Below, piece after piece: positions 30,166 to 40,793 of a DNA stretch of 64,000 nt (position 1 is the first letter of the stretch; every line of letters starts with the position of its first letter). The translations under genes were made by a program, and so were the position numbers. Origin of the DNA: an uncultured cyanobacterium (lineage in GTDB: Bacteria; Cyanobacteriota; Cyanobacteriia; CAKZMO01); contig CAVRCJ010000013.1 in NCBI GenBank assembly GCA_963719515.1, forward strand, positions 128,001-192,000. Reading direction: 5' to 3'. The notes under the pieces are model-generated. The model was not told where the DNA came from. It was given only the letters and a program-made list of their open reading frames with translations, and made no database searches.

Positions 30166-31701
30166 TTAGTGATGCAGCGAATTGTAGCGAGCTGGCTTGG
30201 GCACCGTCTGAAGCAGATGTTGACCCAGACGGCGCGCCAGCGCCAGGATAGTGAACGTGGGCGAGTAGGAGGGACCGGTGGGGAAGACCGCTGAGCTAGC
30301 GACATAGAGATTGTCGGTGCCAAACACGCGGCAGTTCAGGTCAACCACGCCGTCTTCCGGGCGGCTAGCCATGCGGGTGGTGCCCATTTGGTGGGCCGCG
30401 TCGGTCATATTCTCTAGAGTCGGTAGCACATCGCCAAAGTCAAAGGTGCCCAGCCCGACTGCCGCAAACCGGCGCGTCAGCAGGTCAAGAACTGTTTCCA
30501 TCGAGTGGTGATCGTGCTCCGTAAACCGCCAGTCGAGCGCCAGCTTGCGCTGCCCGAGGGCGTCCTGCTCGCCCTCAAGGACGACGCGGCTCTCCCGGTG
30601 GGGCACCTGCTCGGTGACAAACTTAACCCGATAGCTGGCGGCCCGGCCATTGCCATCTTGACAGACGGCCCGGCCCAGAAGCCGCCGCTTTAGCCAGTCG
30701 ACACGCGTTTCGTAAATCGGCTTGAGATACAGGACATGCTCTAAGAGCTGGTGCTGCTGCTGGGTGGCATCGTCGAGAGCAAAGCAGATGCAAAACCGGG
30801 GCTTGGGGGCATACTGCAGCTCGTGAGCGTATTCTCGCACTAGGGGGCCGGGCTTTAGAATGCCAGTGTGGTGCTTAGGGTGGTCGGTGTAGAAGCGGCC
30901 CACCAGGTCATGGGCGTTGCCGATGCCGCCGGGAAGCTGCCGGTCGGAGGCCAGCAGCAGGCGAGCGCTTTCCAAAGCTCCGGTGGCAAGAACGACCGCG
31001 TCACCTTCGACGGTCAGCTCTCGCCCCTCCAAAGAACGACAGACCACGGCGCTCACCCGCTCACCGGAGGGGTCTAGCTTCAGTTCGGTGGCGGTTGCCC
31101 CCAGCACTACCCGCAGGTTTTGCGAGCGGCGCATCTCGTCCCCGAAGCGTTTTGCGGTGCGGGTAGGGGTTTCTTCCCAGTAGAAGCTGCTCATTTTCAG
31201 GCCCGCCGCCGCCACCTTATTGCGCAGCGCCACAACTTCAGCCCGTTCCGCCTCTGCCTCTAAATCGCCGAACCCGTAGTCCTTGGCGGCAGACCGATAG
31301 TGCGCCAGCAGATCTTCAAAGTCGATGGGCCAGCCGCTGTTGGGGACCCAAGACCGGCCTTCGAAGTCGGAGGGCTGCAGGTATTTCCACTTGCCCGTCC
31401 AGACGTTGCTGGTGCCGCCAAACTGCCGCACGCGGCTCACCCCGCGCAGCTCGGGAGGCAAATAGCGGTGATAGTAGGAGTCTGGGTTGAGCTCTCGGTG
31501 GCGCTTGCCGAGAAAGATCAGGTCGTTGAGGGCCTGAATAGAGGGGTCGAAGCGATCGCGCCCGCTTTCCAGCTGCACTACCTCCACACCATAACGGGCC
31601 AAATGGGTGGCGACTTCCGCACCCGCGATTCCAGAGCCGACGACAACGACCTGCGCTCGCAGCGTTGTCTGTTCTCCCAGTTCAAGAATATCGGTAATCA
31701 T
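30166..31701 (-). CDS. GMC family FAD oxidoreductase
   Basis: GSGIAG, GGTSNVW, VGRFYTDH, HQMGTTRM and SPTFTILALA. Confidence 0.9.
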   Translation of the reverse strand: MITDILELGEQTTLRAQVVVVGSGIAGAEVATHLARYGVEVVQLESGRDRFDPSIQALNDLIFLGKRHRELNPDSYYHRYLPPELRGVSRVRQFGGTSNVWTGKWKYLQPSDFEGRSWVPNSGWPIDFEDLLAHYRSAAKDYGFGDLEAEAERAEVVALRNKVAAAGLKMSSFYWEETPTRTAKRFGDEMRRSQNLRVVLGATATELKLDPSGERVSAVVCRSLEGRELTVEGDAVVLATGALESARLLLASDRQLPGGIGNAHDLVGRFYTDHPKHHTGILKPGPLVREYAHELQYAPKPRFCICFALDDATQQQHQLLEHVLYLKPIYETRVDWLKRRLLGRAVCQDGNGRAASYRVKFVTEQVPHRESRVVLEGEQDALGQRKLALDWRFTEHDHHSMETVLDLLTRRFAAVGLGTFDFGDVLPTLENMTDAAHQMGTTRMASRPEDGVVDLNCRVFGTDNLYVASSAVFPTGPSYSPTFTILALARRLGQHLLQTVPKPARYNSLHH

Positions 31702-31748
31702 GTTGTCTCTAAAGAAAATATGGTGTCAAGGGCGCTACCACTGCAGCA

Positions 31749-32663
31749 CTACGAAGCTTTAGATGCGGCTGGGGATGAGAGCTTGAACCTACCGCTTAGG
31801 CTAGACAGAGCCGCTCCCAACGCCAGCCTCGTAACATGGGCCGGATGGAGCCTAAAGGCCCACAGCGAGCTCACCAACGCAGCCTGCCACTGCTCCATTT
31901 TGTAAGAGGTCAAGGCGTGTTTATAGACAAACTCAGCGAACATTTTGGGATGGGCCTTGAAGGTATCTTCATGCTTTTGCACCAGGCGGTGGAAGCTTTC
32001 TTGACGCAGCTTCGGGTTGACCGACACTCGCACTCCGGTATGGGATAGAAGATGATAGGTTACCGTTGGCAGCCCAATCAGCGTGCATTCTGGGTTAAGC
32101 CGCAAGAAGAACTCAGAATGTACCCGAGAGCGAAAACTCTTGTCCCAGCCGCCGATCTTGAGTACGACTTCCCGCTCTATCACTAGGGTTTGCTTTGTGT
32201 TGTAAGAGCGCCCCGGCTCCAGCGGTTCTAGAAAGAAGTGCCTCCCTTTGGAGCGCTGAGCTGGAGGAATGCGAGTGGTCAATGCAGCCCCATGCTGATC
32301 GACTTTCTGAATACCAGAAATAACGCCAACGGGCGGCTCCACGGCCGCTGAATCTATGGCCGTCAGCGAAACCTTGACCATGTCGGGTAGAAGGCGATCA
32401 TCGTCATCTAGATAGGTAATCCAGCGTCCGCGGGCGGATTGGGTACCAATGTTTCGTGCCCCAGCGCCGCCGACTCCCTCATCTAGGCGAATCACCCGCA
32501 GCCTGGGATGGTCTGGTAGAGCGACAGGTTCATCAGACGCGTCATCCACCACCAGTACCTCTAGATTCTCATAGGTCTGATTCAAAGCGCTCTGCACCGC
32601 TAACGCTACGAGCTGCGGTCGATTGTGGGTTGGAATAATAACGCTGACGTTGGGATGCGACAT
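31749..32663 (-). CDS. GT2 glycosyltransferase
   Basis: VSVIIPTHNR, VVDDAS, GAGARN and YLDDDD. Confidence 0.92.
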   Translation of the reverse strand: MSHPNVSVIIPTHNRPQLVALAVQSALNQTYENLEVLVVDDASDEPVALPDHPRLRVIRLDEGVGGAGARNIGTQSARGRWITYLDDDDRLLPDMVKVSLTAIDSAAVEPPVGVISGIQKVDQHGAALTTRIPPAQRSKGRHFFLEPLEPGRSYNTKQTLVIEREVVLKIGGWDKSFRSRVHSEFFLRLNPECTLIGLPTVTYHLLSHTGVRVSVNPKLRQESFHRLVQKHEDTFKAHPKMFAEFVYKHALTSYKMEQWQAALVSSLWAFRLHPAHVTRLALGAALSSLSGRFKLSSPAASKAS

Positions 32664-32693
32664 AGTGATAGTTCACAAAGCTATAGGAGGCGA

Positions 32694-34004
32694 CTACTTG
32701 ATAGGCAGTGGGTCAACTGCGGGCACGAGCGCCCAAGTTCGCGGCTGATAAAACTGGCACTTGTTGACTGCTTTCTGTGTGTTGACGGTAAATCGAAAGG
32801 AGTCAACAACGTCAAAGGTGTAGACAGAGTCCTTTCTAATGCGGACTTGGGCGGTGTAAAGTCCGGGGCAAAGGCCCAGTTGGGGAAACCGAAGCTGAAT
32901 TTCGGACATCCCAGGCGATAGCTGAAAGAAAGCCTCGTCGTTCTGGCCGCGTAGAGACAGCATATAGCCCGCGCTTTCGATGCTACCCACTTTCGAAATT
33001 CTGATGTCAAGGGCAATATCACTGTGGGTGCCGTGGGATTCGCAAGCCACGCAGAGACTCAAAGCTTCACCCGTCAGCACGGCTTGGGTGACCTGATTTT
33101 GGGCATCGCGGAAAAACAGCTCGCGAATATCTACACCGCTGCTCTCTTCTTTTAATTTAGCGGGCAGCACCATGTGATTTTCCGAGCGCTCGACGCTGCT
33201 CAAAAATAGGTCTTTCTCATAGCGGTCGACTACGGCGCTGACGGCGCCCTCGCTCACCATGGCCCCTTGCGCGAGATATATAGCCGTATCACAGACGTTC
33301 AGTATGGCTTGAGAGTTGTGGTTGACCAAAATAAAAGCAACGCCGCTCTGTTTAAGTTCGTAAAGGCGGCGATAGCACTTGGCTTTAAACCTCGCGTCCC
33401 CAACCGCGAGCACCTCATCAATGAGCAGAATATTGGGTTCGGTGTGAATGGCGCAGGCAAACCCCAAACGAGCTGACATACCGGAGCTGTAGGTTTGTAC
33501 CGGCGCGTCGATCGCCTCCTCGATTTCAGCAAAGTCAACCACATCTTGAAACCGCTGCTCAATCTGTTGAGTAGATAGGCCAAGAATGGACATGTTGGCG
33601 TAGATATTTTCTCGGCCTGTCAAAATTGGGTTAAAGCCTGCCCCTAGCGCAATTAAGGGGGCGATGCGGCCACGAATGCGAATCTGCCCGGTGTCTGGCT
33701 TAATCAAACCGCTGATGATGCGTAGTAGAGTGCTTTTACCCGCGCCGTTACCGCCCACTAGACCCAGCGCCTGGCCAGGATAGAGCTGAAAGTCAATGGC
33801 GCGCAGAGCCCAAAATTCCCTAGTCCGCAGCTGATGGCTCTGCCGCCGCCCAAAGGTCAAATCGGCGGCGATATCTTGAACCCCATAGAAGAGCGATCGC
33901 TTCAGGTCGCGACAGAACTTTTTTGAGACGCCCTCCACAGAAATCACAGGGGTTCGCTGCTTCAAGTCGACGGAATTCGACTGATGTTGACCGTTTAATA
34001 CCAT
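32694..34004 (-). CDS. wzt: Polysaccharide ABC transporter ATP-binding subunit with C-terminal Wzt_C-like domain
   Basis: GGNGAGKST, YSSGMSARLGFA and LIDEVLAVGD, plus a ~150-aa beta-rich C-terminal extension. Confidence 0.9.
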   Translation of the reverse strand: MVLNGQHQSNSVDLKQRTPVISVEGVSKKFCRDLKRSLFYGVQDIAADLTFGRRQSHQLRTREFWALRAIDFQLYPGQALGLVGGNGAGKSTLLRIISGLIKPDTGQIRIRGRIAPLIALGAGFNPILTGRENIYANMSILGLSTQQIEQRFQDVVDFAEIEEAIDAPVQTYSSGMSARLGFACAIHTEPNILLIDEVLAVGDARFKAKCYRRLYELKQSGVAFILVNHNSQAILNVCDTAIYLAQGAMVSEGAVSAVVDRYEKDLFLSSVERSENHMVLPAKLKEESSGVDIRELFFRDAQNQVTQAVLTGEALSLCVACESHGTHSDIALDIRISKVGSIESAGYMLSLRGQNDEAFFQLSPGMSEIQLRFPQLGLCPGLYTAQVRIRKDSVYTFDVVDSFRFTVNTQKAVNKCQFYQPRTWALVPAVDPLPIK

Positions 34005-34005
34005 C

Positions 34006-34884
34006 TCAAGAAGTCACTCGCTCGATTACATAAGGCATTGCGATCCGAAATCCAACCCACGTCAGCATTAGCCCTATCAGCGTCAAACCGCTGACGATCC
34101 AAAAGCCAACTGGGTTGGAAATTACCCCTGTCGTGGCCAATTCCCGCGTCGTGACCAGTAAGGGCGTCACCGGGTTCCAGGCGACCAACGCACCAAAGAG
34201 GCCTTCTTTTGGCAGCGGATAGATTACGGGCGTGAGAAAGAGCCAGAACCCCGTAGCCATATTCAAGCTTTTGGACACGTCCTGGTAGAGCACGCCGAGA
34301 GGAGCAAGAAATACGCCCACCAGTGTTCCTAACAAAACTAGGTGAATTAGGGCGACAGGCGCTAGTAGAATGCTCCAGCTAATCGGCACTCTAAAGTAGA
34401 GAAATAGGCCAACAATTAAAATCAGCTTAATACCGAAGTTAAACCCGACTTCGCCCAGTTTTGCGAGAATAATTGCTTCTCTAGGGAAATTAACCCGAGC
34501 CAGCATCGGTTTTGCCACTACAATTGCCTGCAGCGGTCCGGTGACCGCATCGACAAAGGTCTGCCACAGTGCTGTGCTGAACATGACGTAGGCTGGATAG
34601 GGAATGTCCGTTTCACCCACGGTGAATACGTTGGCGTCTTTGGCGAGCGTGAACCCTGCCGCCATCGCAATCGGCGGCACAAAGGCCCATATAATCCCCA
34701 GCAGCGCCTGACGATACTGAGCGCTAATGTCTCGGATCATCAGCCGCCAGGCGAGTTCGCGGGAGGCACACAGATCGTGCCACATCGTCCGCAGCAGGAA
34801 TCGGGGACGGTGAAGTAGACTGTCTGGGGTGTAAACGATTTCGGGCGGCATAGGGAAGGCGCTTATTGGGAGAGAACGGGTCAA
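34006..34884 (-). CDS. wzm: Polysaccharide ABC transporter permease
   Basis: RDISAQYRQALLGIIWAF, FLTPVIYP and NPVT; adjacent to wzt. Confidence 0.9.
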   Translation of the reverse strand: MTRSLPISAFPMPPEIVYTPDSLLHRPRFLLRTMWHDLCASRELAWRLMIRDISAQYRQALLGIIWAFVPPIAMAAGFTLAKDANVFTVGETDIPYPAYVMFSTALWQTFVDAVTGPLQAIVVAKPMLARVNFPREAIILAKLGEVGFNFGIKLILIVGLFLYFRVPISWSILLAPVALIHLVLLGTLVGVFLAPLGVLYQDVSKSLNMATGFWLFLTPVIYPLPKEGLFGALVAWNPVTPLLVTTRELATTGVISNPVGFWIVSGLTLIGLMLTWVGFRIAMPYVIERVTS

Positions 34885-34920
34885 TGCAGGGCGGTCAACA
34901 TAAGTGAGTGAGAACCGGGG

Positions 34921-35958
34921 TCAAGACCCCACCACGTTGCCTGAAGACTTGACGGGAGGCGGTGACGCGGCATCGTCTTGCTGCGCCCGATTGAAGGCGT
35001 GGCGGTGGGTGAGATAGCGGTTAATGCGGTGCTCAATTCCCATCATTAGCCGTTCGAGCTTGGGGCTATAGAGGCCAAAGGTCAGCCAATAGATAATAGG
35101 CGCAACGAAGGTCATTTTTCGGCGTCCCCCCAGCTTCTTATATTTCGTCTTGAAGTAGCCATCTTCAGATAGCTTCCACTTCTCTCTCAAGCGGGACAAG
35201 CTGTCTAAGGTCCAGGCGTTACTCCAGCGCAGCATATAGTAATGGACATCGGCTAGCTTTTGCGGTGGACCGGGGACGTAGGTGACCAATGAGTCTGGCT
35301 CGAAGTAGACTTTCTCCCCCGCTTCTCGCACCGTCATGCAGAAGTCTAGATGCTCTTTTGTATTCAGCATTGCCTCATCTAAAGGCCCGATAGTCTCAAA
35401 GACTGAGCGTCGCACCAGGACGCAGTGAAACTCGGCTAGCTCGGTGGGCGATCGCTCAAGCTTGACCCTGACATCGCCAATTCTTTTCCCCTGATGGTAC
35501 ATTTTTTCCCGCAGCCGCCTGCGCCCCGTCTGATCTACCCAGACGTGGGACTCTCCCCCAGCAAAGTGAATTTCCTGATGAATGGGTTCGTGCTGACACA
35601 TCAGCGGGCCGACAACGGCGGCGTCAGTTTCCTCAGCGCAGCCGACTAAGGCCGAAAGCCAGCCTGGAGACACCACAACATCGTTATCGAAGAAAACGAG
35701 ATACTTGGTATTGACGTGCTGTAGTCCCAGATTTCTTGCCTGATTGGGATAGAGGTAGTGGTCAGTTCTCAGAAGCTTGAACCCCCTCAGTCGGGACTGC
35801 TCATCTAGGTAAACCTTGAGGTCTTGAGGGGAGTTACCATCGACGTACACAAGCTCAAACGGCATCTGCGTATGCTCATACAAGCTCTCTAAAGAGGTTT
35901 TTGCGTAGCTAAATCGCTCGCGGGGAACGACAACGATAGTGACGGCTGGGCTGGTCAT
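34921..35958 (-). CDS. GT2 glycosyltransferase
   Basis: VTIVVVPRERF, VDGNS, ARN, FFDND and EHLDFC. Confidence 0.88.
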   Translation of the reverse strand: MTSPAVTIVVVPRERFSYAKTSLESLYEHTQMPFELVYVDGNSPQDLKVYLDEQSRLRGFKLLRTDHYLYPNQARNLGLQHVNTKYLVFFDNDVVVSPGWLSALVGCAEETDAAVVGPLMCQHEPIHQEIHFAGGESHVWVDQTGRRRLREKMYHQGKRIGDVRVKLERSPTELAEFHCVLVRRSVFETIGPLDEAMLNTKEHLDFCMTVREAGEKVYFEPDSLVTYVPGPPQKLADVHYYMLRWSNAWTLDSLSRLREKWKLSEDGYFKTKYKKLGGRRKMTFVAPIIYWLTFGLYSPKLERLMMGIEHRINRYLTHRHAFNRAQQDDAASPPPVKSSGNVVGS

Positions 35959-36002
35959 GGTTAACTCTCCTAATGCTGTAGAAGGACGGTATAATCGGCT
36001 GC

Positions 36003-37295
36003 TTAGCTTAAAGTGCTCAAATTTATCTCTCTGCGCGGCGCGTCTGAATTATCGCTATGGTCGTCTGTGGGAGACATTAACGCGGCGTAGCGCGAAACGA
36101 GCTTGTCGTTGAGGGCCTCTAAGTCAAAGTGCTGTTCCACAAAGGTGCGTCCGGCTTGCCCCATCTCGGCCCAAGTTTCGGGATTGTTGATCATATAGCC
36201 CAACTTTTTCGCAAGCGCCTCTGCGTCCCGCTCAGGCACTAGAAAGCCTGAAACCCTATCTTCTACTAGCTCTGGTATGCCGCCGTGATAGGTGCTAATA
36301 ACAGGTAAACCCATGGCCATGGCTTCTTTGAGGACGTTGACGGGGGCATCTTGATTGCCGTCCGAGGCGGTGACGCTAGGAGCAACGAAAAGGTGACAGC
36401 GGTCTAGAATATCGACGATCTCGGCTTCGTTTTTCCAGCCCAGAATGTGGATATAGTCCTCAGCACCGAGCTCTTCGATAAGCGCCTCAAATGACTGCCT
36501 CAGCGGGCCGTCACCGATGATGCAGTACTCCAAATTTGAACCAGAGTTTGCCTGCTGGGCGACGGCGCGAATGGCATATTCGATGCCTTTTTTCTCCACC
36601 AGTCGCCCCGTCGTCGCAATCCGTATGCGGTCGCCAGCAAGAAGATGGCGGGGACGAAATTTAAACTTGCCCACGTCCAGTCCTGAGAAATGGACCGATA
36701 TCTTGTCGGGATGCCACCCTAGCTTGATGACGCGCTGACGAAAAAAGTCGCAGTTGGCGAGGCAATAGTCTACGAACTCGAAAAGAAACCGATAGACCTT
36801 GTCCCCGCCCTGGTCGACATAGCAGCTAATGTCGTGGCCGCGAAACATCAATAATAGCTTCGGCTCTTCCAGCAGGCGTTTGAAGGCAAGTCCTCGATAG
36901 CCTTGGGTGCCAAACTGACAGTGAATGATGTCGTACTGGGGCTCATTCAGCAGTGAAATTGCCGTATAGAGGAGCCAAAGATTCAACGCCTGCCCCCCGT
37001 AAGCAAAGACGTTGAGCGATCGCCCAATCAGCCCTGGTGCTTTGTGGAAATGGCGAGCCGCCAATCCTATTCCCTTGAGAACGCGCCATAAATAGTTATT
37101 GGGTATCTCCTGGAGCTGAACCGTGCGCTCCCGCAGCCGATAGCGATTCACGTCCGGATGCACCGAAGACCAGTCTTCAACGCGGTCGGCGTAGATATCA
37201 ACCTCGTGGCCCCTATCTAAAAGGCCTGTCACTTGATTAAGGATGAACGTCTCTGACAGCCGGGGAAAATGTCCCACTATAAATGCAATTCTCAT
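36003..37295 (-). CDS. GT4 glycosyltransferase (WcaL-like)
   Basis: FPRLSETFILNQ, FRGHD, GRLVEKKG and EAMAMGLPVISTYHGGIPELV. Confidence 0.9.
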   Translation of the reverse strand: MRIAFIVGHFPRLSETFILNQVTGLLDRGHEVDIYADRVEDWSSVHPDVNRYRLRERTVQLQEIPNNYLWRVLKGIGLAARHFHKAPGLIGRSLNVFAYGGQALNLWLLYTAISLLNEPQYDIIHCQFGTQGYRGLAFKRLLEEPKLLLMFRGHDISCYVDQGGDKVYRFLFEFVDYCLANCDFFRQRVIKLGWHPDKISVHFSGLDVGKFKFRPRHLLAGDRIRIATTGRLVEKKGIEYAIRAVAQQANSGSNLEYCIIGDGPLRQSFEALIEELGAEDYIHILGWKNEAEIVDILDRCHLFVAPSVTASDGNQDAPVNVLKEAMAMGLPVISTYHGGIPELVEDRVSGFLVPERDAEALAKKLGYMINNPETWAEMGQAGRTFVEQHFDLEALNDKLVSRYAALMSPTDDHSDNSDAPRREINLSTLS

Positions 37296-37304
37296 AGCCT
37301 TTTC

Positions 37305-38222
37305 TCACACACGACTAGATACCCCGCCCAGCTTAAGCCGCAGCGTCTCCCAGGCGCTGACATAGCGCACCATTACCATGACCAGCGACACCTTTAGCTT
37401 TTGCCCAATTCCACTCAAATCGGCATTTGAGAAGGCGTTTAGGACGAAAAATACGGGCGGCACGAGGTGCTGTAGAAGGGTGCGCAGAAAAACGACTTGA
37501 CGCTCCCAGACTGACTGGGCCTGCTCAAGCTGAAGGTCGTAGGAGCCACCGGCTAACCGCTGCGTCCGGACGTAAAGCTCCTGGAGTGACGACCGTGCGG
37601 GATGCTCAACCCAGGCTGACGCGGCGTAGACCTGCGCGTATCCCTGAGCGTGGACTCGCCCTCCCCACTCCAGGTCTCCGTGAGACTTAAGCTGAGCGTT
37701 GAAGGACCCAACTTTTTCGATGACGTGGCGCCAGGTGAAGACGTTGGCCGTGGCCCCGCCGTGGAGCTGGTTTAAAAGACGCTCTTGGGGAAAGGCCGTC
37801 ATCCGATCGTATAGCTCCACCATAGTAGGCCGGTGGGGATTGGCAAACACAACTTCAATCTTGCCCACCACTTGGCCGCAGTTGGGAACCCGCATCAAAT
37901 GGTAGACTCCCTGAGGCAGCCAGTCGCGATCGGGAATGCAGTCCGCGTCCGTAAACGCAATCACCTCCCCTCGAGCTATTGAGAGTCCTTTATTGCGAGC
38001 CGCATAAGAGCCTGGGGTTGGCTCAGACGCAAATCTCGCATTTTCACTCTGCTCCATCACCGCTTTTACGGCCTCTGGCTTGTCTGAACCGTTATCCACC
38101 ACGATAATTTCGTAGTGCGATCGCTCGTAGTTCTGCTGCGTTAGGGCCGCCAAACACAGCGTAAGACGCTCTGCATCATTGAAGACGGGGATGATAACTG
38201 AGACGAAGGGACACTCTTGCAT
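37305..38222 (-). CDS. GT2 glycosyltransferase
   Basis: VSVIIPVFN, VVDNGS, GSYAARN and FTDADC. Confidence 0.92.
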   Translation of the reverse strand: MQECPFVSVIIPVFNDAERLTLCLAALTQQNYERSHYEIIVVDNGSDKPEAVKAVMEQSENARFASEPTPGSYAARNKGLSIARGEVIAFTDADCIPDRDWLPQGVYHLMRVPNCGQVVGKIEVVFANPHRPTMVELYDRMTAFPQERLLNQLHGGATANVFTWRHVIEKVGSFNAQLKSHGDLEWGGRVHAQGYAQVYAASAWVEHPARSSLQELYVRTQRLAGGSYDLQLEQAQSVWERQVVFLRTLLQHLVPPVFFVLNAFSNADLSGIGQKLKVSLVMVMVRYVSAWETLRLKLGGVSSRV

Positions 38223-38249
38223 AGGGGTTTACCGATGTCGATAGCTCAG

Positions 38250-39746
38250 CTATGCCGGAGTTGAGACAGGCTCAGCTTCCGACGAGGACTGTTGCTTAGC
38301 CTTGGTCCACTCTTTGTTTGTGAAGTCCTCGTGATACGAGCGCTCGACGTTCACATTCCAGATGTCGTGCGCTTCACCCGCAATGTTTTTAGCGGCCAGC
38401 AGCGCCGTCAGCATGGAGTGATCCTGGTTATTGTAGCGGTGCATGCCGTTGCGACCCACCGTCTGCAGGTTCTCAAATCCTTTCATGTAGTCTTCTAAAA
38501 CCTGTAGATGCTGACGGTATTCCCCGTCGTAAACAGGGTAAGCCTTAAACTGGCGAATGACGCAGCCGTCTTCCACATCCCCTGGCTTGACTCCCAGATC
38601 TAGATCGATAATTTCCTGTGTCGCTAGCTCGATTAGCTTTTCATCCGCCATTTCCCAAATGTTATCGCCCTCACTGCAGAAGTACTCCATGCCCAGGCAG
38701 GTCTTACTGCTGTCGGGCACCATCTCTGGACTCCAATTCTTAAAGTTCTGAATGCGGCCCACCTTAAATTCAGGGCTGTGAATATAGAGCCAGTTGTCTG
38801 GAAACAGGTGCTCGCGGTCAACGATCAGCGACACAATCAGGAAGTCGCGGTACTTGAGACCGTGGGCCGCTTCAAGCACAGGGGCCGGTGGCGGTGGGTC
38901 AAGGCGGTGCATCAGCGCGGTAATCGGCATAGAATTGATGTAGTGATCGCCGGTAAGCTCAAAGGTTCTCTCTCCTTGCTTGGCCACAACTTTGGTGATG
39001 CGCATCCCTTCGCGTTCCACCTTTACCACCTCGGTATGCAGACGTACAGGTGAGCCGTCTTCTTCCAAAATTTCCTGACAGCGCTCCCACATCATCCCAG
39101 GACCGAGACGGGGATAATCAAACGTCTTGATTAGGCTCTTAGCGTCAGTACCGCCAAATAGGGCGTTGATTACCGCCTGCTTGAGAGACAGGTTTTTAAT
39201 GCGCTGGGCGGCCCAGTCGGCGCGGATCTGGCTGCAGGGGATGCCCCACACCTTCTCGGTGTATGTCTTAAAGAAAATGCGGTATAGCCGTCTGCCAAAG
39301 CAATCAACTACCCACTCTTCGAACGTTTCTGGCGCGGAGGTCAAGTTGAGGTACTTCTTTGTCTTTGCTTTCAGATAGCTCGCCAGAATCATAGCGCTTT
39401 GGAACGGACCTAGATTTTTTAGGGTCTTGAAAAGCGCTAGGGGGTAGTCATAAAACTTGCCGTCGTAGTAAATGCGGGACATGCGCGGAGTTTGGATGAA
39501 GTCGTCTTCAAGAATTTCTTTCCATACGGCCTGCACTTCTCCCACCTTGGTGAAAAACCGGTGGCCACCGATGTCGAAGCGGTAGTCTTTGTAGGTCTCA
39601 GTGCGAGAAATACCCCCAACCTTATCGGACTTTTCTATGACGATGCACTTAATATCGTGCTTCATCAGTTCATATCCCGAAGTCAGTCCGGCCGGACCGC
39701 CGCCGATAATCACTACGGGATGTGTGCTCATGTCTACTCTGCTCAT
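38250..39746 (-). CDS. NAD(P)/FAD-dependent oxidoreductase (HemY/UDP-galactopyranose mutase-like superfamily)
   Basis: GGGPAG, FDIGGHRFFTK, YTEKVWG and GRNGMHRYNNQDHSM. Confidence 0.85.
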   Translation of the reverse strand: MSRVDMSTHPVVIIGGGPAGLTSGYELMKHDIKCIVIEKSDKVGGISRTETYKDYRFDIGGHRFFTKVGEVQAVWKEILEDDFIQTPRMSRIYYDGKFYDYPLALFKTLKNLGPFQSAMILASYLKAKTKKYLNLTSAPETFEEWVVDCFGRRLYRIFFKTYTEKVWGIPCSQIRADWAAQRIKNLSLKQAVINALFGGTDAKSLIKTFDYPRLGPGMMWERCQEILEEDGSPVRLHTEVVKVEREGMRITKVVAKQGERTFELTGDHYINSMPITALMHRLDPPPPAPVLEAAHGLKYRDFLIVSLIVDREHLFPDNWLYIHSPEFKVGRIQNFKNWSPEMVPDSSKTCLGMEYFCSEGDNIWEMADEKLIELATQEIIDLDLGVKPGDVEDGCVIRQFKAYPVYDGEYRQHLQVLEDYMKGFENLQTVGRNGMHRYNNQDHSMLTALLAAKNIAGEAHDIWNVNVERSYHEDFTNKEWTKAKQQSSSEAEPVSTPA

Positions 39747-39788
39747 TAATCTGCCTGATTTTTCCTATTGCTTCGACTGTTCAAATGA

Positions 39789-40793
39789 TCAAACTTTGCT
39801 TCCAGCGGGGAGCGGCATGCAGCTCAAGTAATGCTTCACCGTGACGTAGGCAAAAGCTCCCCCGCCGTAAAGAAAATAGAGCCAGTGCCACGGGATGACG
39901 CGCAGAGCGAACAAAGCTCCCCGCTTTTGGTAAAAGAATTGATAGACGTTAGCGTTGATGACTAAGAGCGCGATCGCCATCCCCAATGCTGGCCACAGCA
40001 ACCACCCGAGCACCAAACTTCCAATCAGGCTACCCGCGAGCGCAAAAGCTAACGCAACGCTGGCTCGATTGGCATAGCTGAGGTTAAGGTCGGCGTCCAA
40101 GCGCTGCTCTTTGAGCAGTAGCTCACTCCAGGGTAGCGCCCGGTAAAAGATTTCCGCCCGCAGTAGCGATGCCGTCTCCCACCGCTTAAGATGCTTGACC
40201 TGGATATCCTTATAGAGCCGAATCGGGTATCCCGCTCCCTGCAGACGGTAGCCTAGCTCAATGTCTTCAATGCAGGGCTTGCGGTATGCTTCGTCGAAGC
40301 CACCCACAGCCCAAAAGGCCGATCGCCGCACCGCGCCGCAGGCTCCCCAAAACGTGGAGGCCTCTTCTGAAGATATCTGGTGGGTGTAGTGATGAAACAA
40401 GTTCTTGTACTGCGACAGAAAGTTGTCTGCACCCGGTGCATCGTCGTAGGAGCCGATGAGAGCCCCTAGCTCTGGCTGCTGGAAAGCCTGCTCCACTTTA
40501 CCGATGGTGTCCGGGTGCAGAGTGACATCGGCGTCGACAAAAAAGATTACGTCGCCGACAGCAGCTTTGGCCCCTACGTTTCTGGCACGGGCCGGACCTC
40601 CTGAACTTGGGAGCCGCAGCACCTTTGCCCCAAAGTCCTGGGCAACTTTCCACGAGCCGTCGGTATCACCGTCTGACACTACAATGACTTCGTCAGCAGG
40701 GCGATCGCTTCGCTTTAGGCTGTCTAGGCATTGCTTAAAGCTTTCGCCACCGTTGTAAACCGGAATGACGATTGAAACACTAACAGAGGACAT
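39789..40793 (-). CDS. GT2 glycosyltransferase with C-terminal TM segments
   Basis: SIVIPVYN, GPARARN, FVDAD and IEDIELG with a hydrophobic C-terminus. ATG 40793 chosen; the ORF track starts at 40814. Confidence 0.9.
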   Translation of the reverse strand: MSSVSVSIVIPVYNGGESFKQCLDSLKRSDRPADEVIVVSDGDTDGSWKVAQDFGAKVLRLPSSGGPARARNVGAKAAVGDVIFFVDADVTLHPDTIGKVEQAFQQPELGALIGSYDDAPGADNFLSQYKNLFHHYTHQISSEEASTFWGACGAVRRSAFWAVGGFDEAYRKPCIEDIELGYRLQGAGYPIRLYKDIQVKHLKRWETASLLRAEIFYRALPWSELLLKEQRLDADLNLSYANRASVALAFALAGSLIGSLVLGWLLWPALGMAIALLVINANVYQFFYQKRGALFALRVIPWHWLYFLYGGGAFAYVTVKHYLSCMPLPAGSKV

